From: Ignavibacteriota bacterium
GTDB taxonomy: Bacteria > Bacteroidota > Ignavibacteria > UBA10030
NCBI GenBank assembly: GCA_963701295.1
Contig: OY969585.1
Span: 832,001-896,000, forward strand
Direction: 5' to 3'
Length of the DNA stretch: 64,000 nucleotides
The position numbers and the translations under genes are program-made. Every line of letters begins with the position of its first letter. Within the stretch, counting starts at the first letter, position 1. The notes beneath the pieces are model-generated. The model worked only from the letters and a program-made list of their open reading frames with translations, searched no databases and had not been told where the DNA came from. Positions 61,750 through 64,000 of this stretch are shown piece after piece.

Positions 61750-64000
61750 TTATTTCGATTGCCCCATCATATCCAAATCTTCTGTAGGCAGCATGGGCAA
61801 TGATTCACCATTATGCTTTAATCGAAACTTTAGAAGTTCCGTCGTTGGATCGGCTAATGTCTTCGTTTCGGTGCCAAACAATTTCGGTGCGAACATGCTG
61901 AAATCTATCAATCCCTTCTTTGGCATTTCAACGATGGTAACACTCTGATCTTTTTGAATGCCTGCACGTTCCTTCGCAATGTTTATAGCGGTTTCCAGTC
62001 CACCAAGCACATCCACAAGGCCATTCTGCTTTCCATCCAATCCGCTCCAGACTCTTCCTTGTGCTATTGGTTCTATTTCATCGAACTTCTTTTTTCGTCC
62101 AAGCGACACTTTTTCTACGAATTCTTTATACATCGCTTTTATGCCAGCCTCTGCAATGGCCCGCTCTTCTGCGTTTAAGTTCCGATCAGGAATTCCCAAA
62201 CCTATGAATGGCAACCTGAATCCGAACCAAAAATCAGCGTGAGTGCCAACCTTCACAAAATCCGTGGACATACCGAGCGACTCTTTCAATCCCTTATTGT
62301 ACATCCATCCGCCAATAACTCCAATCGAGCCGGTAATAGTACCAGGAGCAGCAACAATGGTATCGGCATACATAGAGAGCCAGTAGCCGCCAGATGCCGC
62401 TACAAATCCCTGCGAGACAATGATCGGCTTTTTACCCTTTGCTTTCTTCATTGCTTCTGCAATATAATCCGATGCCATTGCATCGCCGCCGGGTGAATCG
62501 ACACGGAGTACTATCGCTTTTATGCGCGAATCGTCTACCGCCGCTTCAACATCTCTCACTAACCTGCGAGCCGTTATGCCTTCATCCATATCACAGGCAC
62601 CAAGCGCATAAATGATAGCAATATGTGGCGGCTCACTCCAATGATTATCGTATGGTAAATTGAATTTCACCAGTGAGCCGGAAGAAATGAATGAAGCATC
62701 GTTTCCCGTTTCTTTTTTCACAAGGTCTTTCACGACCTCCCATCTGCCGATTGAATCGATTAGTCCGCTTTCTCTCGCCTGTTGTGCCAAGAACAACACT
62801 TTTGTATTTACAAGCGTATCGAACTGTTGCGATGTCAAATGACGCGATTCACAAATATCGGTTACGGCAATTTTGTACCAATCATCAATAAGCTTCTGCA
62901 ATTGCTCGCGGTCTGCATCGGACATCTTATCCCGTGAAAGACTTTCGGCTGCCGATTTATATTTGAAGAATCGCCATTCATCAAATCCAATCCCAATTTT
63001 TTCCAATGTACCTTTGATGTAGGTCTTGCCAAATAAGTATCCTTCAAGCGTTAACATACCAAAGGGATCCATTACAATTTTATCTGCTACCGACGCAAAA
63101 TGATACAGATCGATTCCGCCGTGGTCAATAAAGATAAAAACTTTCTTTCCGGTTGTTTTGAAGTCCTTCAACTTCTCGCGCAGCTCCCACAGCTTTTCCC
63201 GATTCACTTCCATACCAGAGGTGTTGATGACAATACCGGCCACCGAGGGATCGTTCTTTGCTGCATCGATAGCATCGAGCAAGCTGGTAAGTGTTTGCGT
63301 TTTATCGAACCACTGGAAGCGTTGGTAATCAACTTCTCCGTTCAAATTCATCTCAACATACTTGCTTTGTTTCCCAAAATATGTATTGAAAATATTCCGG
63401 TCGTACGCACCAAGACGAATCCCGTATGAGTTATACGCATATTTCTGATTGGCGTCGTAGTGTGCCTGCGTTTCCAATCCTATATTCCCAAGACTGAATT
63501 GGAATCCGATGGTGAACGCATCCGTGTTGAAATAGCGGCCGGTAATTCGAACGCCGGGCATTGCTTCCACTGCAACACCTGCGCTCCACATATTTTCTTC
63601 CAACAGCGGTGTCCGGGAACGAACATATTCTGCGAAAACTGTCACCAATTCGTTCGAAAACGGACGTCCTGCAAGATCTCCCACGAGTTCATATCCTTTC
63701 GTGTTGAGCGCGCCTGCATATGTAACTCCGGTAGAAACGAATGGCAGGGGACGATACAGCGCGCCTAGGGTGAGGAGACTCGATTTGTCGAACGATGGAT
63801 TATTGGTAATCGTCCATCCATATGATATTCCAGTGCTAAGGGTTTTATCACCCATAGCCAGAGATAGACGATAATCAGCTACTGTTGCTCCTCCCACTTT
63901 CTCGTGCACCATGCCAAATCCTGCGCTGGGCAATCCAACAAACATTCCCCAACGCTCTGTTGGAGCATTCGCATCATTCCATGTGAAAAGAATATCCGGT
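61750..64000 (-). CDS. sppA: Signal peptide peptidase SppA (tandem S49) with long N-terminal extension; 5' end lies outside the window
   Basis: KYKSAAE (Lys), RVDSPGG, AASGGY (Ser), TGSIGV, AQGRVWSG. The frame stays open to the window edge. Confidence 0.9.
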   Translation of the reverse strand, partial: PDILFTWNDANAPTERWGMFVGLPSAGFGMVHEKVGGATVADYRLSLAMGDKTLSTGISYGWTITNNPSFDKSSLLTLGALYRPLPFVSTGVTYAGALNTKGYELVGDLAGRPFSNELVTVFAEYVRSRTPLLEENMWSAGVAVEAMPGVRITGRYFNTDAFTIGFQFSLGNIGLETQAHYDANQKYAYNSYGIRLGAYDRNIFNTYFGKQSKYVEMNLNGEVDYQRFQWFDKTQTLTSLLDAIDAAKNDPSVAGIVINTSGMEVNREKLWELREKLKDFKTTGKKVFIFIDHGGIDLYHFASVADKIVMDPFGMLTLEGYLFGKTYIKGTLEKIGIGFDEWRFFKYKSAAESLSRDKMSDADREQLQKLIDDWYKIAVTDICESRHLTSQQFDTLVNTKVLFLAQQARESGLIDSIGRWEVVKDLVKKETGNDASFISSGSLVKFNLPYDNHWSEPPHIAIIYALGACDMDEGITARRLVRDVEAAVDDSRIKAIVLRVDSPGGDAMASDYIAEAMKKAKGKKPIIVSQGFVAASGGYWLSMYADTIVAAPGTITGSIGVIGGWMYNKGLKESLGMSTDFVKVGTHADFWFGFRLPFIGLGIPDRNLNAEERAIAEAGIKAMYKEFVEKVSLGRKKKFDEIEPIAQGRVWSGLDGKQNGLVDVLGGLETAINIAKERAGIQKDQSVTIVEMPKKGLIDFSMFAPKLFGTETKTLADPTTELLKFRLKHNGESLPMLPTEDLDMMGQSK

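Overview
This is a gene-dense chromosomal window of moderately low GC, most consistent with an Ignavibacteria-like (FCB group) bacterium. That placement is inferred from YPNPFN-type C-terminal sorting domains, GldAFG, and sigma70-type TTGCTT-N17-TATATT promoters. Most genes are housekeeping or envelope functions: ettA, citrate synthase, hpnCD, rarA, ftsB, ddl, two APC permeases, lysA, tRNA-Leu-tig-clpP-clpX, a long lptD/vWA/S8/MoxR/PPIase/GldAFG block, acyl-CoA synthetase, a K+ channel, fba and sppA. I saw no transposase, integrase, CRISPR array or rRNA. Four observations stand out. (1) An intact tRNA-Leu(TAG) is nested inside the anticodon arm of a second, different, degenerate tRNA-Leu, held by a TCCCGC/GCGGGA palindrome, and the outer copy carries a double-hairpin insertion in its T-loop. 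(2) A three-gene operon encodes an exported WD40-caspase, a DUF4384-like protein and a CHASE2-adenylate cyclase. (3) The citrate synthase gene, which has a single frameshift, lies in a 1,500-bp unit bounded by diverged copies of the merR 3' end. (4) A DUF6057-like / CxxCH TolB-like lipoprotein / chorismatase-like module is present. Family assignments come from motif recognition, not database searches.
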